From an uncultured bacterium (lineage in GTDB: Bacteria > Hydrogenedentota > Hydrogenedentia > Hydrogenedentales > Hydrogenedentaceae): 64,000 bases of DNA. Below the pieces are notes generated by a model. The model saw only the letters and a program-made list of their open reading frames with translations. It ran no database searches and had not been told where the DNA came from. The stretch lies in assembly GCA_937124615.1 (NCBI GenBank), contig CAKZKR010000113.1, positions 1,292-65,291 on the forward strand, given 5' to 3'. Numbering within the stretch: position 1 is the stretch's first letter; each line of letters starts with the position of its first letter. Made by a program: the position numbers and the translations under genes. Of this stretch, positions 28,373 to 38,038 are shown in pieces.

Positions 28373-29343
28373 TTATTCAATCCTTCTGATAATAATATTT
28401 CGCGAGTAATTAATTTTACGGGTATATATTTTATAGGAGGAATCGGTTTCCCCTGAAAATATTCGTCGATGGTTTCGCTTGCAGATTTTCCAATTTCTTT
28501 TGGAAATTGTGCGATATCTGCTATCAAGGCTTTTCCCTCACGGATTGCTATGCATGCTTCAGGTGTAGCATCAAAACCGACTATTTTGATTTTGTCCTGT
28601 AAGCCAGCGGATTCTACCGCTGCAAGAGCCCCTAAAGCAGAGTCATCGTTAATACCGAATATTGCATCCAGGTCTGTTCGCGAAGCAATCAAGTCCTGAG
28701 CAGAACGCATAGCTTTATCTCGTTGTCCTTCGCCCGGTACTTTTTGAACAATAGTAATCCCCGGATATTTTATCAATGCATCCTCAAAGCCTTTTACCCG
28801 TTCCTGAACCGATGTTACAGTGGGATGGTCAATAATAGCGACTTTTCCTTGTCCTTTCAACTGTTCTGCAAGATACTCTCCCAATAAAACACCGCCCTGG
28901 TGATTATCCGAGGCAATGTGACAGATAACATGGGTGTCCTTAACAGCAATGTCCACAGTAAATACAGGGATTTTTTTCTCCATGGCCTGTTTTATAATTG
29001 GAGCCATGCCACTGGAATCGGTAGGGGCTACGACCAACGCCTGAACCCCTTGTAGGATAAACATTTCTATCTGGTCGTTTTGCTTACGCGGGTCAAATTC
29101 TGCATACTGGATTTTCATCAGGATATTTTTTTGTTCGGCTGTTTCTCTCATTGCTCCAGCCAGATCCTGATAGAACACATGTGTCTGTGTTAGCAACGAA
29201 GCGCCCACAATAGGATGCTTTGTTGTTTTTGGGTCTGTTGTTCCTTTACCGCCCGAACAGGAAAAGGCTAAAAAAATAATTATAAAGACGAACGAATATA
29301 TATAAAGATATAGGGGTTTAAAAATACACATTCTTATGAACAT
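28369..29343 (-). CDS. rbsB: Sugar ABC transporter substrate-binding lipoprotein (RbsB-like)
   Basis: Lipobox-like LAFSC; HIASDNHQGG, ERVKGF, NDDSALGA, VGFDA. Confidence 0.85.
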   Translation of the reverse strand: MFIRMCIFKPLYLYIYSFVFIIIFLAFSCSGGKGTTDPKTTKHPIVGASLLTQTHVFYQDLAGAMRETAEQKNILMKIQYAEFDPRKQNDQIEMFILQGVQALVVAPTDSSGMAPIIKQAMEKKIPVFTVDIAVKDTHVICHIASDNHQGGVLLGEYLAEQLKGQGKVAIIDHPTVTSVQERVKGFEDALIKYPGITIVQKVPGEGQRDKAMRSAQDLIASRTDLDAIFGINDDSALGALAAVESAGLQDKIKIVGFDATPEACIAIREGKALIADIAQFPKEIGKSASETIDEYFQGKPIPPIKYIPVKLITREILLSEGLNK

Positions 29344-29413
29344 TTCCTTATCCTACATACAACCATTTTAATATACCTCAGAACAACTAATCCAATTGAT
29401 ACAAGAGAAAGTA

Positions 29414-31141
29414 TTACTTGTCATATCCGAGAATATACCACAAATTATAAGGTAAAGGTTGAGATAACATTTCCTGTTTTATAGGGAGATTATCGATAAC
29501 AGAAGATTCCATTCCTTCCCAATTTACAGATATGTTATCAAACCAAGCCCCACTATAAGAACCTTCTTCATTTCCACACCAGACGCCTAACATGATTAAT
29601 ATCGTATCACACAATAGGGAATGATAGGGTGTGTTTGGATTTACAATCTGAAATATTTCAGGAATATTGAGGGTGAGATGATGAAAACGATAACCGTAAT
29701 CCGGTAGTCTCATAGCGGTAGCCATACCCTCTTGTTTTAATTTTTCAAAGTATTGCTGTTTTTGTGTTATTTCATCATGGTATGCCCACATTTTTGGAAT
29801 GTGTTTTACCCGTTCTTCACGGGCTCCCCAATGCCCAATCCACATCCAGCATAATTTCTTTCCTTTCAATAAAGCTATCCGCAAAAAACCTCCACCATAA
29901 AAACTCTTTTCGTTATTTGGAACATAATACCGTACTTTAATTACAGGTTTTGCGTTATGATCCGGGATTCGTATGACCTGATAGGTGTCTATACTCTCAT
30001 CATATTGCCATGCATGACCTTTGTATCGAACAAACAAATGTAGAGATTGTTCGCCTGTCAATGGATCACATTTTTTTGTTTCCCGGACAAATCCGGGTTC
30101 GTGTTCAGACAAATACCGTATCGGGAAGAACCAATCCGTGAGTCCTTGTTCAAAATCACCATTTTTAATTTCCGTATAGGGGGTTATTTCGCTCCAGGGC
30201 CGGAATGAACGAGGGTCCATATCGCGAGTGAAAATGGAAAACTGTTCCGGATATTCGTGTTTTGATTTTGTTCCTAATTGACGACCAAACAATTTTATGC
30301 TTGAACCGTTTATAATGGCCTCCAAAAAATATCCGCGGTCGTTGGATGTGTCAAATTCGGGGTATTCCTCGCCAAATGCTCTGCCGGGAACTAAGGTAGG
30401 TAGGACAACGAACCGTGTCCCTTGATATTCCCATGCTGTGCGAACGGATGCCTTGACGCCGTTGTGAACATGTCCCATAAAAACATATTGTACATTCCCA
30501 TATCGAACGATGGTGTCCAATAGTTTATTTTTCCGTTCCTTTGGATAGGTATAATATTCTAATTGAGAGAGTCCTACGGGTAATAAATGATAATGCAAAA
30601 ACACTATTACAGGACGGCGCCATGCGGAATGAAGTTCATCATTTAACCAGAGGATTTGTTCTTCAAATTTGTTTTGACCCAATAATTCAGGAGCACATAA
30701 GACAATAAACCGCCAGGACCCGCAGTCAAATGCATAATTGGGCAAACGAAAACCACATAACCTTTCCTGCATGGACAGGAATAATCCATCATTATGTTTT
30801 CCATCATGATTTCCGTGGACGAGAGCCATAGGCATTGTCAAGGGTCGCACTGCGTTTTCAAACGCAGAAAAATATTCTGGACGGGGAAAAGCAACAAGGT
30901 CTCCATTAAATACAACCAAATCTACCTGTTCCTGATTTGCTAAATTTACCGTATCTCGGAGTGTTTGTTCCAGTTCCTGTTCAAATTTTACCGAACTATC
31001 CGCAGGACCTATTTGTGGGTCTGCCACGAGGAATAATCGAACATTCTCGGTTTTATGGGTGAGCGAGGAATAATAATTTGTCGTAGGGCTATCGATTCTC
31101 TCAGGAGCACATAAGATAACACATAATAAAGTTAGTAACAT
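29414..31141 (-). CDS. Exported calcineurin-like metallophosphoesterase with extra C-terminal domain
   Basis: ADPQ, NGDL, GNHD, FLHY, GHVH motifs; the C-terminal part starts IKNGDFEQG (CBM4/9-like signature). Confidence 0.85.
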   Translation of the reverse strand: MLLTLLCVILCAPERIDSPTTNYYSSLTHKTENVRLFLVADPQIGPADSSVKFEQELEQTLRDTVNLANQEQVDLVVFNGDLVAFPRPEYFSAFENAVRPLTMPMALVHGNHDGKHNDGLFLSMQERLCGFRLPNYAFDCGSWRFIVLCAPELLGQNKFEEQILWLNDELHSAWRRPVIVFLHYHLLPVGLSQLEYYTYPKERKNKLLDTIVRYGNVQYVFMGHVHNGVKASVRTAWEYQGTRFVVLPTLVPGRAFGEEYPEFDTSNDRGYFLEAIINGSSIKLFGRQLGTKSKHEYPEQFSIFTRDMDPRSFRPWSEITPYTEIKNGDFEQGLTDWFFPIRYLSEHEPGFVRETKKCDPLTGEQSLHLFVRYKGHAWQYDESIDTYQVIRIPDHNAKPVIKVRYYVPNNEKSFYGGGFLRIALLKGKKLCWMWIGHWGAREERVKHIPKMWAYHDEITQKQQYFEKLKQEGMATAMRLPDYGYRFHHLTLNIPEIFQIVNPNTPYHSLLCDTILIMLGVWCGNEEGSYSGAWFDNISVNWEGMESSVIDNLPIKQEMLSQPLPYNLWYILGYDK

Positions 31142-31213
31142 AAAAGTTCCTTAAGTTTGTCATGTCTTCTTATAATTATATCGAAGTTTCTTCCAGGATG
31201 TATTGTTGGGTTT

Positions 31214-31258
31214 GTCAGACTTATCTGACTTATCGAAGCTGTCCTATTTATCAAAATA
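31214..31258. repeat. Degenerate 9-mer tandem repeat related to 4544-4579
   Basis: GTCAGACTT ATCTGACTT ATCGAAGCT GTCCTATTT ATCAAAATA. Confidence 0.55.
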
Positions 31259-31333
31259 TTTTTCAACAACAGTTCCAATGCGATATAATTTATTGACAGG
31301 TCGTATCGAGATTCAACAAAGGAGATTTTTGTT

Positions 31334-31888
31334 ATGGAAAAAGTTTTGGTATTGCTTGCCCAGGGATGTGAAGAGGTCGAAGCTGTGACAGTAATTGATT
31401 TGCTAAACCGTGCAGGTTTCGAAGTAACTACAGCCTGCCTGGATAAGGAAAAGGTGATACATGCCAGTCATGGAGCATTATTAATGGCACAAAAGACATT
31501 GATTGAAGTTCTGGATGAGGAGTTTGATATGGTAGTTTTGCCAGGAGGACTTCCCGGAGCAGACTATCTGGCGAATGATGAGAGGGTGATTCGCCTTATT
31601 AAAAATATGGCCGATGCGGGAAAATATGTTTCTGCGATATGTGCCGCACCGCATATCTTAGCCCAAAATGGTCTACTTAATGGAAGAAAAGCCACAGCTT
31701 ATCCGGGATTTTTGAAGAAGACAGATTTTCCGCAGATTGATATTTCTGACGAAGCAGTTGTTGTGAGTGGAAATATCATTACGGGAAGAGGTCCTGGAGT
31801 TGCTATGGACTTTGCTCTAAAACTTATTGAGGTTTTAGGTGGTGAAGAATTGCGAAATAAAGTAGAAAAAACGCTGGTCCGTTACTAA
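31334..31888 (+). CDS. DJ-1/YajL/PfpI family protein
   Basis: GCEEVEA, LPGGLPGA, AICAAP, ATAYP, ITGRGPGVAMDFAL. Confidence 0.93.
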   Translation: MEKVLVLLAQGCEEVEAVTVIDLLNRAGFEVTTACLDKEKVIHASHGALLMAQKTLIEVLDEEFDMVVLPGGLPGADYLANDERVIRLIKNMADAGKYVSAICAAPHILAQNGLLNGRKATAYPGFLKKTDFPQIDISDEAVVVSGNIITGRGPGVAMDFALKLIEVLGGEELRNKVEKTLVRY

Positions 31889-31895
31889 ACTTTTT

Positions 31896-34733
31896 CTACG
31901 GGCTGGTTGTGCTTTTTTCTTCCATATTTTGTGGAGGGATAATATGAATATTTGTAGTCAGTGGGAAAGGAACACCTATTAGACTTGGGAAAACAATTTC
32001 TGCAAAAACTGCAGTATATTGTTGAGGTTCAACGGGTATTGTTGTTCGATAAACCCCTTCTGCGGACTCTGAAAGTACTTTGTATCTCCAGCCTTTATTT
32101 TCAGGATGGAAGAGAGTGCCTCTTTTGTCTTTACTGCAGTACCATATGCGACATTCTATTACTTCTTCACTCACCTTTATACGACAATCCCCTTTTGAAG
32201 AGAATTCCCATTGGAATACAGGCATATTTTTTTGTCCTAACAATCGTTGATAAAATACCTGTATTGTATCTTTGAAATCATATATGCGGAGATGGGTATT
32301 GCTTGAAGTAGTGAAATTGTAAAGGGTTTGTTGGGGTAAAAATGCAAATTCTCGAGATAATTGGAGTTGTGGACAAACAATCCAATTAACAGGTCCGGGT
32401 ATTTCAGAAATAACCTGTTCTGACAGGGAAACGATATCATGCCATTGTTCATTATTGAGTGCGACAATAAGTTTTGGGATTCTCAAAGCCTCACGGTAAT
32501 AATAAGGGTCAATTACTTTTAAAAGATTTTCCCCATCCTCTGTTTCTAATAGAGGAAGAAGTCCTGCATCATCCATTTCTGCAAAAAGTCCCGGGAATTC
32601 AATCTCATCCATAAACATTCGCTTTATCTGCTGTTCCAGATGGAAGCCCGTGGCGTTTATGGATACCAGTCCAATAATACGGCTATCTACAGGAGGAACT
32701 AACCATGACACAAAGAAAGGGGTGTCGGAACATAAAACAAATTCTTTTAGAGGGATTTCCGAACGCAGATTTTTTAATAATAATTCCTGTATAGCATCCA
32801 TTGTCCGTACTACTGTTTTGACCAAAGGACAGAAAACGATCCAACTTGTGTCGTGGGTCTCAAAATATTGTTTTAAACTCCAACTGGCAAATTCAGCTGG
32901 CTCTAAATGAACAACCTGGGTCGGCGTTCTATAAATCCCGGCCTTATCTCGTGGAAAACCTTCAAGAATAGAAACAACAGACTTGGAGGATACCGCAAGG
33001 GAAATGAAATAGGGGGGGATCTCACTCATAGGGGTTTCCGGTGTGGAAAATCCATTAGTAAGGACCAGCATCCCAATATCTTTTACCCTCTGTTTGGGAA
33101 TAATTACAGTTAGCCAGTGTCGCCATACCGGAGGAACGGTTTTCTCCGGATGCCAACTCTGCGAAGTCAAATCAAGTATATATGCTTTATAACCTTCCCC
33201 TTGTTTCTCTTCTAACACTTCGAATTTATAGTTATTATCATACTCTTTAACATAATTAGATAATACTTTTGAATAATCAATCGGTTCTATTTTTATATCC
33301 TGTTTGTTGACGCTGGAGATTGTTGTTTCTTTCCCTGGGAGTCGGACTTTGTAGTAATAAATATATGCGATATAACCACTCAAACATAAGGAAACAAGAG
33401 AAATCAGTAGAAGGAAAAAAATGAATAGATTCATTTTGAAATTTGACGGTTGCTGAGGTAACGATGTTATCTCATAAGGGAATGGAGTTGGCATGGGAGT
33501 ATAAGTTGTACCCATAACCGTAGGGGGTGTAGAAATGGGTGTTGGTTGGAGAGATACCCCTGCATTCGTATTTGGCTGTGTTTGCATTGGAACGGTCATT
33601 GGGGTAGGAGATACAGTCGCACTACTGGTATCATAAGGGATATTTGTCCCCGGAGAGATGGGCCCTGTTCCGGGTGGTGTCCTGAAATCCGCTGGCATAG
33701 TATTAGGAGGGGTTGTTCCAGTGGAGGGAGTTTGATATTGTAGTCGTTGACTGTCTGTAGGGGTAATTGGATACCCCGGTGTTACTTCTTTCGGTTGGGG
33801 TGTAAATTCGGTTGATATAATTTCCCCTGTTTCGGATAAAAGCATCGTTTTCTGTTCGGGTGGGACAGATATTTCGCCTGATTCTCTTTTTAATATATCA
33901 TTTCTGATTTCCCGAAGACGGTCTGCTACTTCTCTGGCAGAAGATGGCCTAGCTTCTGGATTTTTTAGAAGGCCTTGTGAAATGAGTTTTTCAAGTGCTA
34001 CAGGTAAATCGGGATTTATAAGACGAACAGGCGTTGGGGGGGTATCGGTGTGTTGCCTCATTAAGGCAAGGTAGTTTTCTGCTTCAAATGGTAAACTTCC
34101 TGTAAAAAGGAAATATAAAACTACACTTAATGAATAAATATCCGATTGGGGAGTCGCTTCTTTTCCCAGGCATTGTTCAGGCGACATATATGCCGGGGTC
34201 CCTAAAACATTATGCTCGCCTGTTAGTGGAGTTAGGGATGTATCCCTCAATCGAGCGAGATTAAAGTCCGTTAATTTTACAATACCATTATTATCTACAA
34301 GAATGTTTGCAGGTTTTATATCTCTATGGACAATCTCTGCTTGATGTGCTAAAAATAAAGCCTCTGCTATCTGTGTTCCAATATCTATGCGTTCTACAAG
34401 CGAGAGATTAGGATTCTCCCGTATAAATCGGTCTAAATTTTTCCCATGCACATATTCCATTACCAGGGCTAACCGTTGATTCTCTTCTACAATATCGTAA
34501 ATTTGTACTATTCCCGGATAGTTCAAACGAGCAGCACTTTGGGCTTCTCGTAGAAAACGAGAGACACGGGCTGGTTCTGATGAGTGTTGTGGGTGAAGTA
34601 CCTTAATGGCTACTTCTCGTTTCAGCCGCGGGTCAAAACCACGATAAACAACTCCAAAACCGCCTTCCGCAATCCGTTCATCGATGCGATAAACACCAAT
34701 ATTTGAAGGTATGTCGCCAGATATTCCAGACAC
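31896..34733 (-). CDS. Hanks-type Ser/Thr kinase, Pro/Thr-rich linker, TM helix, PqaA-like alpha/beta-hydrolase ectodomain
   Basis: AEGGFGVVY, VAIK, HRDIKPANIL, DFN, GTPAYMSPEQ; TM LFIFFLLLISLVSLCL; PqaA-like LDLTSQSW...WRHWLTVIIP...IDPYYYREALRIPKLI. Confidence 0.85.
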   Translation of the reverse strand: MSGISGDIPSNIGVYRIDERIAEGGFGVVYRGFDPRLKREVAIKVLHPQHSSEPARVSRFLREAQSAARLNYPGIVQIYDIVEENQRLALVMEYVHGKNLDRFIRENPNLSLVERIDIGTQIAEALFLAHQAEIVHRDIKPANILVDNNGIVKLTDFNLARLRDTSLTPLTGEHNVLGTPAYMSPEQCLGKEATPQSDIYSLSVVLYFLFTGSLPFEAENYLALMRQHTDTPPTPVRLINPDLPVALEKLISQGLLKNPEARPSSAREVADRLREIRNDILKRESGEISVPPEQKTMLLSETGEIISTEFTPQPKEVTPGYPITPTDSQRLQYQTPSTGTTPPNTMPADFRTPPGTGPISPGTNIPYDTSSATVSPTPMTVPMQTQPNTNAGVSLQPTPISTPPTVMGTTYTPMPTPFPYEITSLPQQPSNFKMNLFIFFLLLISLVSLCLSGYIAYIYYYKVRLPGKETTISSVNKQDIKIEPIDYSKVLSNYVKEYDNNYKFEVLEEKQGEGYKAYILDLTSQSWHPEKTVPPVWRHWLTVIIPKQRVKDIGMLVLTNGFSTPETPMSEIPPYFISLAVSSKSVVSILEGFPRDKAGIYRTPTQVVHLEPAEFASWSLKQYFETHDTSWIVFCPLVKTVVRTMDAIQELLLKNLRSEIPLKEFVLCSDTPFFVSWLVPPVDSRIIGLVSINATGFHLEQQIKRMFMDEIEFPGLFAEMDDAGLLPLLETEDGENLLKVIDPYYYREALRIPKLIVALNNEQWHDIVSLSEQVISEIPGPVNWIVCPQLQLSREFAFLPQQTLYNFTTSSNTHLRIYDFKDTIQVFYQRLLGQKNMPVFQWEFSSKGDCRIKVSEEVIECRIWYCSKDKRGTLFHPENKGWRYKVLSESAEGVYRTTIPVEPQQYTAVFAEIVFPSLIGVPFPLTTNIHIIPPQNMEEKSTTSP

Positions 34734-34992
34734 TTTTTATCCTAACCTAATCATTAACCACATTTTAATATATTTTAACTATACCGATAATAACTATCCT
34801 AATCCAAATACAATAGAGAAAAAATATCCCTTCCTTTTTTAAATACAATTCAAAAGAAAATAGTTCATTAATTAGTATATGCAAAAATTGAATTTCTTAT
34901 TATTATCATTAATTTCTATATTGTCATCATTAATTAATTGAAGGGTGTAGATGCATTTTTTTGTATATGATGATAAAAAGAATATGAGGGGC

Positions 34993-36138
34993 TCACTCTT
35001 CTACAGAATCGATAGTTCCAGCACCCAATACAATGTCGCCGTCGTAGAATACAGCGATTTGTCCCGGAGTAATTGCAGATTGAGGTTCATCGAAGATAAC
35101 GCGAACAATGTTTCCAGAATCATCAAATTTTTCTAATTTTGCAGGGGTGGGTTCATGTCGAAGTCTAATTTTACAAAGGATTTTCATAGATGAATTTGGG
35201 GCACCCGGAATAGAGACCCAATTACAACTTATGACTTTCATCGATTGTTTTAGGAGAGCCATTTTACGACCTACGATAACACGATTCTTTACGGGGTCTA
35301 AACCAATAACATAGTATGGTTCGCCTGCTCCGCCTATTCCTAAGCCTTTACGCTGACCGATGGTATAATGAATAATCCCTTGATGTTTGCCTAAAACATT
35401 ACCCCTCTCATCGACAATGTCCCCTTCCTTTATTTCCTCTTTTTGAAATAGCACATCATATTTGTTGTTCTCTAAAAAATCTTGACTTTCGTTCTGTTCA
35501 GCAAGTTCAGGGAATCCTATGTTCCGTGACAGATTACGAACTTGTGATTTAGTCAAGTTTCCCAGTGGGAACACAGTTTTTTGCAATTGTTCTTGCTGTA
35601 ACATGGCGAGAAAATAACTTTGGTCTTTTTCAGTGTCAATACCGCGAAGTAAAAGATAACGATTAAGTACAGGGTCAAATCGGATGCGGGCATAATGCCC
35701 CGTTGCAAAGTAATCAAATGGGATACCTGTTTTTTGAGCCCGTTCAATAAGAAAACCAAATTTTATAGTTCGATTACAACGAACACATGGGTTTGGGGTA
35801 CGACCTGATAGATACTCATGACGAAAATATTCCAATACCTCGTGGTTATATTCCTCTGCGAGTCGGATAACATAGAAAGGGATGTTGAATCGTTTTGCTA
35901 CAGAATGAGCCATTTCGATTTCTTGTTCTTCACCGGGACCAAAACATCCTTTTACCCCGGTATCTTGTAGAGGAAATTGGTTGTCCCAGAGCGACATTGT
36001 TAATCCGATGACTTCGCATCCCCTTTCTTTTAATAGCCCTACCGCCATTGAAGAATCTACTCCCCCACTCATCCCAACCGCAACTTTTGTTTTGGGTGGA
36101 GGCAAAAGATCAAATATAAAGTCTGGTATAAGATCCAA
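34993..36138 (-). CDS. mnmA: tRNA 2-thiouridylase MnmA
   Basis: GMSGGVDSS, TPNPCVRCN, ATGHYA, KDQSYFL, YTIGQRKGLG, AITPGQ. Confidence 0.97.
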   Translation of the reverse strand: MDLIPDFIFDLLPPPKTKVAVGMSGGVDSSMAVGLLKERGCEVIGLTMSLWDNQFPLQDTGVKGCFGPGEEQEIEMAHSVAKRFNIPFYVIRLAEEYNHEVLEYFRHEYLSGRTPNPCVRCNRTIKFGFLIERAQKTGIPFDYFATGHYARIRFDPVLNRYLLLRGIDTEKDQSYFLAMLQQEQLQKTVFPLGNLTKSQVRNLSRNIGFPELAEQNESQDFLENNKYDVLFQKEEIKEGDIVDERGNVLGKHQGIIHYTIGQRKGLGIGGAGEPYYVIGLDPVKNRVIVGRKMALLKQSMKVISCNWVSIPGAPNSSMKILCKIRLRHEPTPAKLEKFDDSGNIVRVIFDEPQSAITPGQIAVFYDGDIVLGAGTIDSVEE

Positions 36139-36275
36139 TATTAAAAGACCTTCGTTTTTTTGCTTGTCTATTTATTATTATATAAGAGTCCATATAATTT
36201 TTTATTGATAAAGCATAATAATAACAACTCTACCTAACTCAAAAAATAACCCCTCCTCTACTACTACCTTGCTTA

Positions 36276-36352
36276 TGGTGGGCGGTGCAGGACTCGAACC
36301 TGCGACCCCCTGCGTGTAAAGCAGATGCTCTGACCAGCTGAGCTAACCGCCC
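36276..36352 (-). tRNA. tRNA-Val (anticodon TAC), CCA encoded
   Basis: GGGCGGTTAGCTCAGCTGGTCAGAGCATCTGCTTTACACGCAGGGGGTCGCAGGTTCGAGTCCTGCACCGCCCACCA; 77-nt cloverleaf. Confidence 0.97.
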
Positions 36353-36427
36353 AAAGTATTCCAGCAGGACTAATATATTATCAAATCAAAAATATGGTAA
36401 TCAATTTTTATGGAATAGAGAGGCTCC

Positions 36428-37822
36428 CTATTTTTCGTCCGGTTTAATCATTTTCCAGGGATCAACAATTTCATCAAATTCGGGTTCTGTAATTAATCCT
36501 GTTTTTAAGGCTTCTTCCTTTAAGGTCGTGCCATTTTTATATGCATTTCGTGCGATTTGTGCGGATGCTTCGTAACCAATTTTGCGACTTAATGCGGTTA
36601 CCAACATGAGAGAATTCTTGAGATAATAGGCTAATTTTTCATGGTTAGGCTGGATACCGTTCAGACAATTTTTTGTGAAGGATTTACATGCGTCAGAAAG
36701 GAGATGTATGGATTGAAGTATATTATAAGCGATGACAGGTTTATAAACATTTAGTTCAAATTGTCCGGAGGCTCCTGCAATGTTAATTGTAACATCATTT
36801 CCTATGACTTGTGCACAGACCATCGTCATCATTTCGCACTGGGTTGGGTTGACTTTCCCTGGCATGATTGAAGATCCGGGCTCATTTTCAGGGAGTAATA
36901 ATTCTGTAAGTCCACAGCGGGGACCACTCCCCATGAGACGAATATCGTTAGCAATCTTCATGCAGGAACAAGCGATTGTTTTTAGCACACCGGAAAGCAT
37001 CACCAGAGCATCATGCCCTGCTAATGCTTCAAATTTGTTTTCTGCGGGACGGAATGGGGTCTGCGTAATCTCTGCAATATGAGCCACTGCTTTTTCCGCA
37101 AAACCTGCAGGTGCGTTTAGTCCCGTGCCCACGGCTGTTCCACCTAATGCCAGTTCATATAGGTCTTGTAGAGAAGAGTGTATTCGATTTATCCCTTGTT
37201 CTATTTGTCGTGTATAGCCGGAGAATTCTTGTCCTAAAGTAATCGGTGTTGCATCCATTAAATGCGTTCTACCTGTTTTTATCAAATTTTTGTATTCAAT
37301 TGTTTTCTGGGCAAGAGATGTTTGAAATTCTTCCAAAGCCGGTATTAAGTGGTTATTTAATTTCAGTACAGTTGCGACATGCATAGCCGTTGGAAATACA
37401 TCATTCGAAGACTGGGACATATTCACATGGTCATTAGGATGAACGGGCTTTTTCGTACTATGAGGGTATCCTAAAAGTTCATTAGCACGAGTGGCTATTA
37501 CCTCATTTACATTCATATTTGTTTGTGTTCCGCTTCCTGTTTGCCAGACATAAAGAGGAAATTGGGTATCCCATTTTCCGGTGAGGATTTCGTCTACTGC
37601 AGTTGTAATAACTTCACAGTATTCGGATTTAAGGAGTCCCATATCACAATTGGCCTGAGCACAGGCTTTCTTTACAAGGGCCAATGCATATACTATCTCA
37701 AAAGGCATTTGTTCTTTTCCTATGGAGAAGAATTGTAAAGAGCGAACCGTTTGACTTCCGTAATAGGCATTGAGAGGAACCCGTACCTCACCCAGGGCAT
37801 CTTTTTCTACACGAAATTCCAT
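36428..37822 (-). CDS. fumC: Class II fumarate hydratase
   Basis: WQTGSGTQTNMN, HPNDHVN, GRTHLMDATP, GSSIMPGKVNPTQCE. Confidence 0.97.
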   Translation of the reverse strand: MEFRVEKDALGEVRVPLNAYYGSQTVRSLQFFSIGKEQMPFEIVYALALVKKACAQANCDMGLLKSEYCEVITTAVDEILTGKWDTQFPLYVWQTGSGTQTNMNVNEVIATRANELLGYPHSTKKPVHPNDHVNMSQSSNDVFPTAMHVATVLKLNNHLIPALEEFQTSLAQKTIEYKNLIKTGRTHLMDATPITLGQEFSGYTRQIEQGINRIHSSLQDLYELALGGTAVGTGLNAPAGFAEKAVAHIAEITQTPFRPAENKFEALAGHDALVMLSGVLKTIACSCMKIANDIRLMGSGPRCGLTELLLPENEPGSSIMPGKVNPTQCEMMTMVCAQVIGNDVTINIAGASGQFELNVYKPVIAYNILQSIHLLSDACKSFTKNCLNGIQPNHEKLAYYLKNSLMLVTALSRKIGYEASAQIARNAYKNGTTLKEEALKTGLITEPEFDEIVDPWKMIKPDEK

Positions 37823-37966
37823 ATTGTGTATCCCTTATTCAAATAAATTGCTTAGATATTTTATTTTACTTCAATACACTATAGCGAATAAATCCGTAGC
37901 TGTAACACTATTTTATTACCTGGGATGAATTTTATTTATTAAAGGGTTTTAATTCAAATATTTCGA

Positions 37967-37995
37967 TTGACAAAGGATTATTTTTATGCTATTAT
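37967..37995 (+). promoter_or_regulatory. sigma70 promoter upstream of the ftsK operon
   Basis: TTGACA-17 bp-TATTAT with a TGn extension. Confidence 0.7.
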
Positions 37996-38038
37996 ACAAT
38001 ATATTGTGTTTCTATATATTGTATATTAAGGATTGCAC

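Noticed and set aside
36276-36352. tRNA-Val as an island integration site or functional partner of mnmA
   Set aside because: No integrase or duplicated tRNA 3' end seen. MnmA modifies tRNA-Lys, -Glu and -Gln, not -Val.
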